Shown piece by piece: positions 34,687 through 44,107 of a stretch of DNA of 64,000 nt. Made by a program: the position numbers and the translations under genes. The notes beneath the pieces are model-generated. The model was not told the origin of the DNA and did not search any database. It saw only the letters and a list, made by a program, of their open reading frames with translations. The stretch is from positions 452 to 64,451 of the forward strand of contig DYFY01000005.1 in assembly GCA_020724955.1 (NCBI GenBank). The letters run 5' to 3'. Source of the DNA: Candidatus Parvarchaeum sp. (lineage in GTDB: Archaea > Nanobdellota > Nanobdellia > Pacearchaeales > GW2011-AR1). The number at the start of each line of letters is the position of its first letter. The first letter of the stretch is position 1.

Positions 34687-35592
34687 ATGCCGATAAACGC
34701 AAGCCATGAGTTTTTTGAAGCTGAAAAAAAATATTTGTCTGCGGAGACTATAGAGGAAAAAATAAAATGTCTGGAGGAGCTTATCAGGAAAGCTCCGAAA
34801 CATAAAGGGAGTGAGAATTTACTTTCTGAACTCAAGTCAAGACTGAAGAGGCTGAGGGAAAAGTCCGAAAGGAGCAGAAAAATTGGGAAGGGAAAAAAGG
34901 GAATCAGAAAAGAAGGATACCAAGTTGTTATTGTTGGAAAGGCGAATTCGGGGAAATCTGCTTTATTGGGTGCACTGACAAACGCCAAGCCGATTGTTTC
35001 GGATGTTATGTTCAGCAGCAGAGAGCCTGAAATTGGGACAATGGAATATGAGGGAGTGAAAGCACAGATAGTCGATTTGCCTGCTATCGATGGAAAGGAC
35101 TTTGAATTGAGCATTGTGCATGGAACTGACTGCGTTTTAATAGTTGCCGAAAATTTTGATGATTTTGCTGATGTTGAGAAAAGCGTCGGCAAAATTACTG
35201 GGAGGAAGATTTTTGTTTTTAACAAAATTGACCTGCTTGATGATGCAGAGAAGAGAAAACTGGACGCCAAGTGCAAGAGCAAGAGGCTTGAATATGTTTT
35301 AGTTTCTGCTGTTAACGGGGAAGGAATATGGGATTTGAAAGAGAAAATATTTTCGGGAATGGGAGTTATAAGAGTTTTTCTAAAGGAGCCTGGGAAAGAA
35401 GCCAGCAAAGTTCCTGCGGTTTTGAGAGAAGGAGCGAGCGTGAAAGATGCCGCTGAAAGCATTTATAAGGGATTTTCCCGGCAGGTGAAAGAGACAAGAT
35501 TGACAGGACCGTCGGGAAAATTTGCCAATCAGAAAGTCGGATTAACTCACAGATTAAAAGATAAAGATGTCTTGGAGTTTCATACTAAGTAA
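34687..35592 (+). CDS. DRG/Obg-family GTPase with C-terminal TGS domain
   Basis: G1 motif GKANSGKSAL, DLPA, NKID, and a TGS-like C-terminus. The track start at 34639 is also possible. Confidence 0.8.
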   Translation: MPINASHEFFEAEKKYLSAETIEEKIKCLEELIRKAPKHKGSENLLSELKSRLKRLREKSERSRKIGKGKKGIRKEGYQVVIVGKANSGKSALLGALTNAKPIVSDVMFSSREPEIGTMEYEGVKAQIVDLPAIDGKDFELSIVHGTDCVLIVAENFDDFADVEKSVGKITGRKIFVFNKIDLLDDAEKRKLDAKCKSKRLEYVLVSAVNGEGIWDLKEKIFSGMGVIRVFLKEPGKEASKVPAVLREGASVKDAAESIYKGFSRQVKETRLTGPSGKFANQKVGLTHRLKDKDVLEFHTK

Positions 35593-36288
35593 TTATATTC
35601 CTGAGATTTTTACTTCATCTATGATGCCTTTAAAATATTGGTTTTGTCCTGGTTCTCCCCAACCTATATGAACGTTTTGCGAGACTTGAGGCATCTGCCC
35701 CGTTTTAGGAGCAGAGTTCTCTAAAACACTATTAACATAAACTTTAACTTGGCTTCCATCATATGTCATTTTTAGCAGATACCACTTATTTAATTCAAGC
35801 AAAGTTGTTCCGTGTATTTCGGTCCAAGTATTTGCTCCGGGAGTTGTGCAGCTTGTAGGGCAATTTCCATCATTGGCGTATACTCCGCCGGCAACAACGT
35901 TATTGCGTACTGCTAAGAAGTAAGGTCCATTTTTAGAGATAATCATCCCATCTGCTGTTGATTTTCTCTTTATGTATGCTTCCAATATAACTTTATCCTT
36001 TACATCAACAGAGGATGTTTTTGTAATCTGTATTTTATCATCTATGCCGTCAAATTCTAGGGCAAGTCCTTCTCTGCTATCTTTAGTCCACGTTGTATTT
36101 CCGCTAATAGTTCCATGATTCCCATTAGAACTGAAATCCCAAACCTTGTTCGATATTCCTTCATTAAACTTCCAACAAGCAACATAGTTTGGACAGAGTA
36201 CTGCTCTCCCTGAAATCTGCCAAGATAAGAAAGTTATCACAAAAGCAATCAGAATTGTGCAAAGAGCCAATTTTATTTTTGTCATCAA
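35593..36288 (-). CDS. Membrane-anchored LamG/concanavalin-A-like lectin-fold protein
   Basis: N-terminal anchor. WKFNEG...DFSSNGNHGT...LEFDGIDDKIQI...IDEVKI pattern. Confidence 0.7.
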   Translation of the reverse strand: MMTKIKLALCTILIAFVITFLSWQISGRAVLCPNYVACWKFNEGISNKVWDFSSNGNHGTISGNTTWTKDSREGLALEFDGIDDKIQITKTSSVDVKDKVILEAYIKRKSTADGMIISKNGPYFLAVRNNVVAGGVYANDGNCPTSCTTPGANTWTEIHGTTLLELNKWYLLKMTYDGSQVKVYVNSVLENSAPKTGQMPQVSQNVHIGWGEPGQNQYFKGIIDEVKISGI

Positions 36289-36315
36289 TATTTAGCTCTT
36301 TTATTATTTATAAAG

Positions 36316-37281
36316 TTATTTCCAGGAATTTCTTATCGGAGCGAGAAGTTCATTAAGCGAGAAAGCAACTGCGTTTTTCAAATCCAAAGGGTGCAGTTTT
36401 TTGGCTGCAAAATCTTTTTCAAGAGAGACGTAATCTGTGTAGGTTTGCAATCTCCCGTGTTCGGGTCTTCTTTTTATTTCTATTTTTTCAAATTTTGGAA
36501 ATAACAAGTAACGCGTTATTTCGAGGATTGGGTTTTGAGATGTTTGCCCGGAAACACAATGCGCTTTTTTTATTTTGTTTTCTATTTCTTTTGGAGAGTC
36601 CAGAATTGATATCATGCTTTCTGGCATAGATGAAGACATTTTTGAGCCGGGGCCTTTTAGACTTGTTATAATTCCAGTGTGGATAAAGACTGGGTTTTTC
36701 TTTGCTTTTATTTTTTTTAGGGTTTCCATCGCTAAAACATGGACTTTTCTCTGTTCCATGCCACCAAGAGCTATGTCGATTTCTAAACTTTTTATGTCAA
36801 CTATCTGCATCAACGGGTAAAACATTTGTGAGATTTTTGCATTTTCTAATTCTCTAGCTATGGCTTCCATGCTTCTTAGTCCTCGACTTAGAGTGATTTC
36901 AAGAGAAAGCTTTAGCACATCTTCAATATACTTCTGCTTGGTTTGGAATGATGAACCCTTTACGAATTTTGCTCTTGTTAATCCAGCAGCCTTAAATGCT
37001 TTTTCCCAACTTTTTACCTGTTCCTCTATTTCTTTCCAGCTTCCTTTTTTATTGAGCCAGGCATGCCAGTCTGCCAGAAGAATGACTGGAGTTATGCCTG
37101 CCCTTTGCAAATCAAGAAGTTTCATTATAGTTACCAAATGTCCGAGATGTATCTGTCCGCTTGGTTCGTAGCCGCAATAGGCTGAAAGATTCTTTCTTTT
37201 TAGAAAAGGAGAGAGTTCTTTTTCGTTAAGGATTTCAACTGCATTTCTTTTTATAAGCTCTAGTTTTTCTTCAGGACTCAT
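36316..37281 (-). CDS. tyrS: Tyrosyl-tRNA synthetase, archaeal type
   Basis: Collinear with the recalled M. jannaschii TyrRS sequence. HIGH-type motif SGQIHLGH and KMSKS-type motif KMSSS. Confidence 0.92.
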   Translation of the reverse strand: MSPEEKLELIKRNAVEILNEKELSPFLKRKNLSAYCGYEPSGQIHLGHLVTIMKLLDLQRAGITPVILLADWHAWLNKKGSWKEIEEQVKSWEKAFKAAGLTRAKFVKGSSFQTKQKYIEDVLKLSLEITLSRGLRSMEAIARELENAKISQMFYPLMQIVDIKSLEIDIALGGMEQRKVHVLAMETLKKIKAKKNPVFIHTGIITSLKGPGSKMSSSMPESMISILDSPKEIENKIKKAHCVSGQTSQNPILEITRYLLFPKFEKIEIKRRPEHGRLQTYTDYVSLEKDFAAKKLHPLDLKNAVAFSLNELLAPIRNSWK

Positions 37282-37328
37282 TTTAACGGAAGGGAAAAGT
37301 AGTTTAAATCTTTTTGTCTTTGTTTGTT

Positions 37329-37643
37329 ATGAGAAGAATTGCTTTTGTTATCAGTTTAGTTGGGATTTTTGTGTTGCTTGGGGCTTTTATGTTGCCTGCT
37401 AAAAATGTTGGGAGCGCGGAGGATTTGGAGAAACTCGAGATAAACACTAAAGTTATTTTGTCTGGGAAAGTGGAGAATGAGAGAGTCTATGGAGATTTCA
37501 GGATTTTGAGTGTAAATGGTATCAGTGTAATATGCAATTGCCCAGGGGATTATTTGGGAAAGAATGTTGAAATTTTGGGAAAAGTCAGCGAATATGAGGG
37601 AAAAATACAGATAGAAATTTTGAGAATTAAGGGGAAAAATTAA
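37329..37643 (+). CDS. Membrane-anchored OB-fold protein
   Basis: N-terminal TM helix followed by a beta-rich OB-like domain (VILSGKVENERVYGDFRIL...VEILGKVSEYEGKIQIEI). Confidence 0.45.
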   Translation: MRRIAFVISLVGIFVLLGAFMLPAKNVGSAEDLEKLEINTKVILSGKVENERVYGDFRILSVNGISVICNCPGDYLGKNVEILGKVSEYEGKIQIEILRIKGKN

Positions 37644-38289
37644 ACAATCTGTGGATTTTTTCGGCTTTTTTCCCAACCACTTCTTTCAATTCTTCCTCGC
37701 TGGAATTTGCTATGTTTTTGAGATTTTTAAAACGAGCTATTAACTTTTTGGCAGTTATTGGGCCGATTGAGGGAAATCCTTCAAGAATGAACTGCAATTG
37801 CTCTGCTTCTGATTTATATATTTTTGAGGCCCTGATTGAAAAATCTTTTTTTGGCTGTTTTTTCGCCAATATGGAAAGGTATTTTGCAGTGTCTTTTTCA
37901 TTCAGCGTGAAAATTATTGGAATTTTGTATTCTGTTAAAATGCTTAATATAAATCCGCGAAAAGCGTTTTCGTGCATTATGCCGGAATACGGACTTTCTG
38001 ATTCAATTCCCTCGAGAATTAAAATTGCCTTCGAGTATTGCTTCAGCTCCAGGAGTTGCGAAATTATTCGTTTGTTTATTATTGAGGATTTGAAATCGGA
38101 GAGAGTCTTTCTTTCGACAGCAACGTCTTTTGTTAGATAGTCCGCAACAGGAAGCTGCTTGAATTCCGCTTCAATACCGAGTTTTATGAGCTCTGAAACA
38201 ACCAGGGAGTTTTTCTCCCTGTTATCGATGATAATTTTTATTCTGCCGGTTTTTGCTTGTTTTTTTGAGAATGGATTAAGGAAGGACAT
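37627..38289 (-). CDS. ERCC4/XPF-type nuclease with (HhH)2 (Hef nuclease half)
   Basis: IIIDNREKNS and VERKTLSDF motifs. C-terminal HhH LEGFPSIGPITAKKL. Confidence 0.85.
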   Translation of the reverse strand: MSFLNPFSKKQAKTGRIKIIIDNREKNSLVVSELIKLGIEAEFKQLPVADYLTKDVAVERKTLSDFKSSIINKRIISQLLELKQYSKAILILEGIESESPYSGIMHENAFRGFILSILTEYKIPIIFTLNEKDTAKYLSILAKKQPKKDFSIRASKIYKSEAEQLQFILEGFPSIGPITAKKLIARFKNLKNIANSSEEELKEVVGKKAEKIHRLFNFSP

Positions 38290-38403
38290 TTTATCTGAGG
38301 TTTATTGAAGATTCAGAGGTTTATATTTTCTATTTTTTTGAAGCTTCATACCACAAAACTTAAATAGTATTATTAATGATACATATGTATATAAATAAAT
38401 ACA

Positions 38404-39000
38404 ATGAAAGATAACATATTGCTCAAAGAAACCCAATTAAAAATATTAGCCCTGTTTACCAAGGGTTTTGATAAAGAGCACCATGTCAGAGAAGTCAGCA
38501 GGCTGCTAAGAATTGGACCAAGAACTGCCCAGCTTAATCTCGAAAGCCTAGAAAAGCTAGCCATTCTCGAATCTAAAACAAGGGGAAAAATCAAATCATA
38601 TAAACTCAGAAACAACGAGCTCTCAAGGGAATATCTGAAGCTCACTGAGATTTTCAAAAACATTAAATTTTTGGAGAAAAATGATATTATAAGAGAAATA
38701 ATAACAAAGAGCAATCCTCACATTGAAGGAATAGGGCTTGTTTTTGGAAGTTATGCCAAGGGTATTCAAAAAAAGAATTCTGATTTGGATATTTTTGTAG
38801 CAGGCAAGCATAAAAAAGGAGAAATAGAAAAAGTCTCTGATATCTATAATGTTCGTGTTAGTGTAAAAAACTATCCCTTGGAGATATTTAAAGAAGAAAT
38901 TAAGACTGATATTTTGATAAAAGAAATACTTGATAGCCATGTAATCTTCAAAGGAGCAGAGCAGTTTATTGAGGCAGTAATGAAAGATGGCAAAGAGTAA
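38404..39000 (+). CDS. wHTH-fused minimal nucleotidyltransferase (MNT), paralog of 28612
   Basis: wHTH followed by VFGSYAKGIQKKNSDLDIFV. Confidence 0.75.
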   Translation: MKDNILLKETQLKILALFTKGFDKEHHVREVSRLLRIGPRTAQLNLESLEKLAILESKTRGKIKSYKLRNNELSREYLKLTEIFKNIKFLEKNDIIREIITKSNPHIEGIGLVFGSYAKGIQKKNSDLDIFVAGKHKKGEIEKVSDIYNVRVSVKNYPLEIFKEEIKTDILIKEILDSHVIFKGAEQFIEAVMKDGKE

Positions 39001-39466
39001 GATAAAATGGTGTTTTAACCAGAAAAGCTGCGTGGAAATAATAGAGCCAAATGAAAACCTCTCCAGAGGGTTTCTTAAAAAAGCCGAAGATGCTCTTGAG
39101 GAAATGCGAAACGCCAAAAAAAGAGAGTGGAAAATAGAGACAGGCTATTATGCAATCTATCACCCTATCTATTCTTTATTGATGAAAATAGGCCTCAAAA
39201 GTGAACTGCATGTTTGTACAATAGAATTCATCGGAGAGTTATTGCCTGAATATTTTTCAAAAGATCAAATAGCCATGCTAAACAGAGCTCTTCAGACAAG
39301 AAAAGATGCCACCTATTATGTAAACAGAGAAATTAGAGATGAAGCTATGAAAGAAATAATGGATGAAGCTCCCAGGATGATTGTAAAATGCAAATCAATT
39401 ATACCCAAATTAACTGAGAAGAAAATAATAGAAATCAGAAATAATGTGGTTTCATTAAAAAAGTAA
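38987..39466 (+). CDS. HEPN-domain protein, paralog of 29157
   Basis: Overlaps the MNT gene by 14 bp. The motif position reads RKDATY (Rx4Y). Confidence 0.65.
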   Translation: MAKSKIKWCFNQKSCVEIIEPNENLSRGFLKKAEDALEEMRNAKKREWKIETGYYAIYHPIYSLLMKIGLKSELHVCTIEFIGELLPEYFSKDQIAMLNRALQTRKDATYYVNREIRDEAMKEIMDEAPRMIVKCKSIIPKLTEKKIIEIRNNVVSLKK

Positions 39467-39518
39467 AAAATTGCAAATGAATTTTATACTTAGGATGAAG
39501 GGGCTGAGGAAAAACATT

Positions 39519-39746
39519 TTATCTGAATTTTTTTATTATCTTTATGATTACGACGGCTATGATTAAGAGAATTAATACAATTAATAATATTCCCGGAAGG
39601 CTTATTGTGTACCAAAAGATTAAATCATTTTTTTGAGTTATTATTAACAGCAAAAGCGCTATGACTATTATTGATATTTCCAGAATTGCGGGTTCAAGGA
39701 AGCTGATTATTTGTTTTATTATTTTGGCCATTTTATTTCCAATCAT
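39519..39746 (-). CDS. Small two-helix membrane protein
   Basis: 75 aa, hydrophobic. Overlaps the 3' end of the Hef helicase gene. Confidence 0.4.
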   Translation of the reverse strand: MIGNKMAKIIKQIISFLEPAILEISIIVIALLLLIITQKNDLIFWYTISLPGILLIVLILLIIAVVIIKIIKKFR

Positions 39747-41295
39747 TCAAGGTCTTTGGAGGATTTTGCTTTTTGTTGTTTTTCATTTCTTTTTTCATTT
39801 CGTTTATGGTTTTATACATTTTCTTTTCCCGCGCTGAAGAAGCATAGTGAGCTATCTCATCGCGGGTGTTTTTGGTTATCAAAATGAAGAGCTTTCCTGG
39901 GGCAAGACGGGCTGTTCTGCCTGCTCTTTGGATTTTTCTTATCGCGCTGGGAATAGGCTCGTAGAAGAAGACTGCACTGACTTCTGGAATATCCAGGCCC
40001 TCCTCTCCAATAGATGTTGCGCAGAGCACATTTATTTCTCCATCCCGGAAGCTGTCAATCACTTTTTTTTGTTCTTTTTGGGAAAGCCCGGAATTCTTCC
40101 CATCTGAACCTGATTTTTTAGCCTGTCCTACAAAAACGGAAGCTTTGACTTCCGGGAGGGTATTGAGCGTTTTTGCAATTATGCTTGCTGTTTCACGGAA
40201 TTGCGCGAAGATTATTATTTTTGCATTTTTGTTGCTCTGGAATTCAGACTCCACCAATACTTTAAGCTCTTCTATTTTAGGGTGCTCTATTTTTTTGGAG
40301 AGCAGCTGGTTTAAAGATAGAAGAGACATTTTGAATTCTTCGGAGTTCACGAGAGTTTGAACACCTTTGCTTGTTTTTTGTTCAGCCTGTTTTGCAAGTT
40401 TTTGCAAATACTCCTTCAGTCCGGAGAGAGTTTGGCTTTCCAGCAATTCAAGAGCGTGGGAGATTTTTATTGCCTGCGCGCAAACTGAGAGAGCTGCGAA
40501 AATATTGCCTTGTTTGAAGGAAGCCTGAGCGAAAAGTTTTTTTTGCAGCTGCAACAAGTTTGTCTTGTTTGCCGGACCGAAAAGAACCTTTCGGTTTCTT
40601 AATTGTTCTGTTTTTTTAGCAAGAAGGGATTTAAGCATTGTTTGAATCTTGATGAATTCTTCCGGAAAAGGAACCTCTACTTTGTTAAACTCCAAATCGT
40701 GAAGATAGGGTTTTACGTCTTCTGAATCCCTTGTCCTGATTTCAAATTCATCTATTGCGAGATGCCTGCAGATTTCTTTTATTTTTTCTGAGTCTGAACC
40801 AGGCGAAGCTGTAAGCCCGAGAATTCTCTGCAGTTCAGGAGGAGATTGATTTTTGTAAGAAGCTACAACTTTAGTGTAATCGTAGTTTTTAAGACAGCGA
40901 TGGGCTTCGTCTATTATGAGAAGGGAAACGTCCTTCAAGTCATAAAGGTAATTTTTCAAGTCGTTTGAGATGCATTGAGGAGTTGAGAATATAATTTCGG
41001 AAGTCTGCCAGATTTTTTTTCTTTGCTGTGCAGGAACTGCTCCGGTGAAGACTTGGAGGTCTGCAAACAGCTCAGGAAGGTTGGATTTATAATAATCGTA
41101 GTGCTGGTCTACCAAAGGTTTTGTTGGAGCGAGAAAGAGAATTTTTTTTAAAGGGTATTTTTTTAAGCGGTCTATTGAAAGCATCAGTGCAATAAGAGTT
41201 TTTCCAAGACCGGTCGGAAGCACCACTAAAGTGTTATTGTTCTTTGCAGTTTCAAATATTTTTTGCTGATAATCTCTTGGGGATAAATTTATCAT
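39733..41295 (-). CDS. hef: Hef/FANCM-type SF2 helicase (helicase half only)
   Basis: LPTGLGKT, IIDEAHR, LTASPG and QRAGRTAR motifs, with an inserted helical domain between the RecA lobes. Confidence 0.85.
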   Translation of the reverse strand: MINLSPRDYQQKIFETAKNNNTLVVLPTGLGKTLIALMLSIDRLKKYPLKKILFLAPTKPLVDQHYDYYKSNLPELFADLQVFTGAVPAQQRKKIWQTSEIIFSTPQCISNDLKNYLYDLKDVSLLIIDEAHRCLKNYDYTKVVASYKNQSPPELQRILGLTASPGSDSEKIKEICRHLAIDEFEIRTRDSEDVKPYLHDLEFNKVEVPFPEEFIKIQTMLKSLLAKKTEQLRNRKVLFGPANKTNLLQLQKKLFAQASFKQGNIFAALSVCAQAIKISHALELLESQTLSGLKEYLQKLAKQAEQKTSKGVQTLVNSEEFKMSLLSLNQLLSKKIEHPKIEELKVLVESEFQSNKNAKIIIFAQFRETASIIAKTLNTLPEVKASVFVGQAKKSGSDGKNSGLSQKEQKKVIDSFRDGEINVLCATSIGEEGLDIPEVSAVFFYEPIPSAIRKIQRAGRTARLAPGKLFILITKNTRDEIAHYASSAREKKMYKTINEMKKEMKNNKKQNPPKTLNDWK

Positions 41296-41331
41296 TTGTA
41301 TTTAGGAAATGGAGAGTAGTTAAGGATTTTG

Positions 41332-41970
41332 TCAGACTAAAAAAAGAGCGTAACCTGAAAATACAAGAGAGATGAGTGCAAGGGCAGTCCATAAAACTCT
41401 TGAGCCGAAGAATATCTGCGCGCCATCAAGTTTAGAAATGGGCAAAAGGTTCCAGAAAGCGTAATAAGCAGCCAGAGCAGGGAGCTCGCCGGTGTTTGGG
41501 ATGAAATAAGATACGAGGGAAAGAATAAGAGCGGCTGTTATTCCAGATGCTCCTATTAGTGCTATGTGCCAGTCAGTCATTTCAGTATAGCTGTAGAATC
41601 CGTGTCGTCTTGCGGCTCTTCTTTTCAGAGCAGAGGCTTCGTAAGTCAGGAATGCAGTGAATTTTATCAAGCCAAGCGAAAAGATTGAAATCAAAAGAGG
41701 TGCGATTATTCCAGCAGGGATTTTTGTTTTAAAATGACGGGAGGGTTTAAGGCCGAATCTTTGAAAAGACCATATTTCGTGATAGACTTCTGCATCAAGC
41801 TTGTGTGATATCAGCTTTTTGGAAGATATGCTTGCAAGTATGATTATTGCAGAAAAAATCAAGGAAGTTCCAAGGGATGAAATGTCTTGAGAAATGATAT
41901 CTTCAAAGGATGCAATCAGCGCAAAAATTATTATTGACAGAGTTATTGAAAAAATTTCAGAGCTTTTCAT
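41332..41970 (-). CDS. Polytopic membrane protein, possibly a degenerate M50 (site-2 protease)-like protein
   Basis: C-terminal NLLPISKLDG motif typical of M50. No intact HExxH seen. Confidence 0.4.
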   Translation of the reverse strand: MKSSEIFSITLSIIIFALIASFEDIISQDISSLGTSLIFSAIIILASISSKKLISHKLDAEVYHEIWSFQRFGLKPSRHFKTKIPAGIIAPLLISIFSLGLIKFTAFLTYEASALKRRAARRHGFYSYTEMTDWHIALIGASGITAALILSLVSYFIPNTGELPALAAYYAFWNLLPISKLDGAQIFFGSRVLWTALALISLVFSGYALFLV

Positions 41971-42070
41971 TTTTATTTCATGTTCGGCTTTTATATAAGG
42001 CTTTTGTTGAAATTTTTAATATATATTGGATAAACGCAAACTATAAATACTGAGCGGCTTAGAGTGTGCC

Positions 42071-42412
42071 ATGCTTAGAATAAAAAGAGTCAGTGAGTCT
42101 GTGGGGAAGCCTGTTTACACTTCTGATGGGGATTATTTTGGACAAATAGAGGAAGTCAATCTGGTTGATAATAAAATTGACGGATGGAAAATCAAGATTG
42201 GAAGCGGTTTTATGAGTTTGCTTGGAGGGGCAAGAGGTGTTATAGTTCCCCATCAGTTTGTGAAAGCCATAGGAGATGTTTTTATAATAAACAAAAGTTC
42301 TTTGCCAATAAGGGATGAGACAGGGTTTAGTTCAGGAAACTCTGAAAGCGTTGAAGCAAGCCAGGGAACCGGCGGCTCAGGAAGTTCTGAAAATATGTTC
42401 AGAGGATTTTGA
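42071..42412 (+). CDS. PRC-barrel domain protein
   Basis: VGKPVYTSDGDYFGQIEEVNL...VIVPHQFVKAIGDVFII. Confidence 0.7.
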   Translation: MLRIKRVSESVGKPVYTSDGDYFGQIEEVNLVDNKIDGWKIKIGSGFMSLLGGARGVIVPHQFVKAIGDVFIINKSSLPIRDETGFSSGNSESVEASQGTGGSGSSENMFRGF

Positions 42413-42699
42413 ATATTCCTTGATAGCAAAGGCATACTGAAAAAATATCAATGTCCTTTGCTATAGACAAAGACGCTGAAAATTGGGTTTTTGCGTTTTA
42501 GTTGTTATGCGAGGAATATTGATTTTGTTTTTTTCATGATTGTTTGCAGTCAAGTTGGAGAGTCGATTTGAGTTGTCTGTTGTTAGGCAAGAAAATCCTG
42601 AGTATAAAAACTCTCTGAAAAATTTTGAAAGACATGTCAATCGGCAGGATTATACACGGCTTTGACTGACCTAGCAAGCTTTAAATATAATTGTAATTT

Positions 42700-43212
42700 A
42701 TGAGTCTTATGGCTATTGGAGACACGTTGCTGGCAAACCCGCTTGTGGTTAATGTGATTCTTCCGTTTTTGTTGGTTTTCACTATAGTTTTTGCCATTTT
42801 GCAGAAAACTAAAATTCTTGGCGAGGAGAAGAGGCAGATTGACGCAATTGTTTCTCTTGTTATTGGGCTTATTGTTGTTTCTTTTGGATTTGCCACGAAC
42901 ATAATAATCTCTCTTGTTCCGGTGCTGGCTGTGAGCGCTGTTGTGATTATGGTTTTTATGGTTATTTATGGGATGGGCCATGTGGGAAAAGAGGAATTTA
43001 AACTACCTCCCAAAGCGAAGGGAGTAATAGCTGTTCTGGCAGCTATTGTTGTAGTTATAGCTGTTTTGGTTTCTACGGGTGCATGGGATTATCTTGCAGA
43101 GCTGTTTTATTCTGAAGACGGAAGCGGAGTGGTTACAAATGTTATTGCTTTGGTAATAATCATTGCGGTAATCGGAGCAGTTGTTTTTTGGAAGCAGCCA
43201 AAAAGTGAATAG
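42700..43212 (+). CDS. Membrane protein, paralog family member 1
   Basis: Shares the LPFLLVFxIxFAILxxxxxLG block with the ORFs at 45863 and 46524. About five TM helices. Confidence 0.6.
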   Translation: MSLMAIGDTLLANPLVVNVILPFLLVFTIVFAILQKTKILGEEKRQIDAIVSLVIGLIVVSFGFATNIIISLVPVLAVSAVVIMVFMVIYGMGHVGKEEFKLPPKAKGVIAVLAAIVVVIAVLVSTGAWDYLAELFYSEDGSGVVTNVIALVIIIAVIGAVVFWKQPKSE

Positions 43213-43245
43213 ATAAGATTTTATAGCAGATAACCTTTTTTTCAC

Positions 43246-43977
43246 ATGGCTCTAGTTAAAAAAATAAAGGCTGACGATTATCTGAGAAGATTTGTGGATT
43301 ATTGCAAAAGCAGGTTTGGGGGGAATTTGATTGCGGTAGGAGTTTTCGGCTCTTATGCTTTAGGGTATTTTGACAAGAAAAAAAGCGATTATGATGTTTT
43401 TGTGATTTTGAAAAATCCAGATAAGATTTCCAGAAATGCGGTTGAGAGGAAGTTCAAAAAAATTTCTTTTCAGTATCTTTTGTCGGAAGACGAGCTAATC
43501 CAAAGAACGCATTTTGGGCACTGGACTTTGTTTATTACGCTTTTGACGAGCGCAAGAGTTGTTTATTCAACAAAGGATTATAAAAGAGTTTTATGGAGGC
43601 TGAAGAAAATTAATCTGTTTGAGAAGCTGATTGATTTGGCTGCGCTGGAGGCGAAGACAAACAGCGAGATAAAATCTCTGGCAAAGCTGAAAGGTTACAA
43701 TGCTGTAAAGTGGGCTTTGCCTTCAGTGAGGAAGAGACTGCAGATGCTTAGTTATATCAGGAGAAAAAAATTGATTTGGGGTTTAAAAAACAATCTTAAG
43801 AGAAATAAAGATATTTTAAGCAAAAGGGAAAGAAAATTCCTGCTGGAGCTGAATGCCAGACTTCGGAAAAGAAGTGAGGCTTTCAGTGAATATGACAGGG
43901 AGATATCAACAGAGATAATACACAAAATAAACAGGGAAATTATTTTGCATTTGGGGAGTTTACTTAATGTGAGATAA
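43246..43977 (+). CDS. Nucleotidyltransferase-domain protein
   Basis: GVFGSYALGYFDKKKSDYDVFVIL (GS...DxD) followed by a long helical C-terminal region. Confidence 0.65.
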   Translation: MALVKKIKADDYLRRFVDYCKSRFGGNLIAVGVFGSYALGYFDKKKSDYDVFVILKNPDKISRNAVERKFKKISFQYLLSEDELIQRTHFGHWTLFITLLTSARVVYSTKDYKRVLWRLKKINLFEKLIDLAALEAKTNSEIKSLAKLKGYNAVKWALPSVRKRLQMLSYIRRKKLIWGLKNNLKRNKDILSKRERKFLLELNARLRKRSEAFSEYDREISTEIIHKINREIILHLGSLLNVR

Positions 43978-44107
43978 AATGTAGTACTCATGGATAAATC
44001 CATAAAACTTGACACAAAGTTAAGTTGTTTGAGAAAAAAGAGGATAGCGAGTATCAGTCTAAATAATAGACCAAAAACTATATAAATGTGGTCTGATTAT
44101 AAGACCA

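Noticed and set aside
34671-35462. 263-aa minus-strand ORF antisense to the DRG GTPase gene
   Set aside because: It is a Ser/Phe-rich shadow ORF. The + strand frame carries clear G1/G4/TGS motifs.
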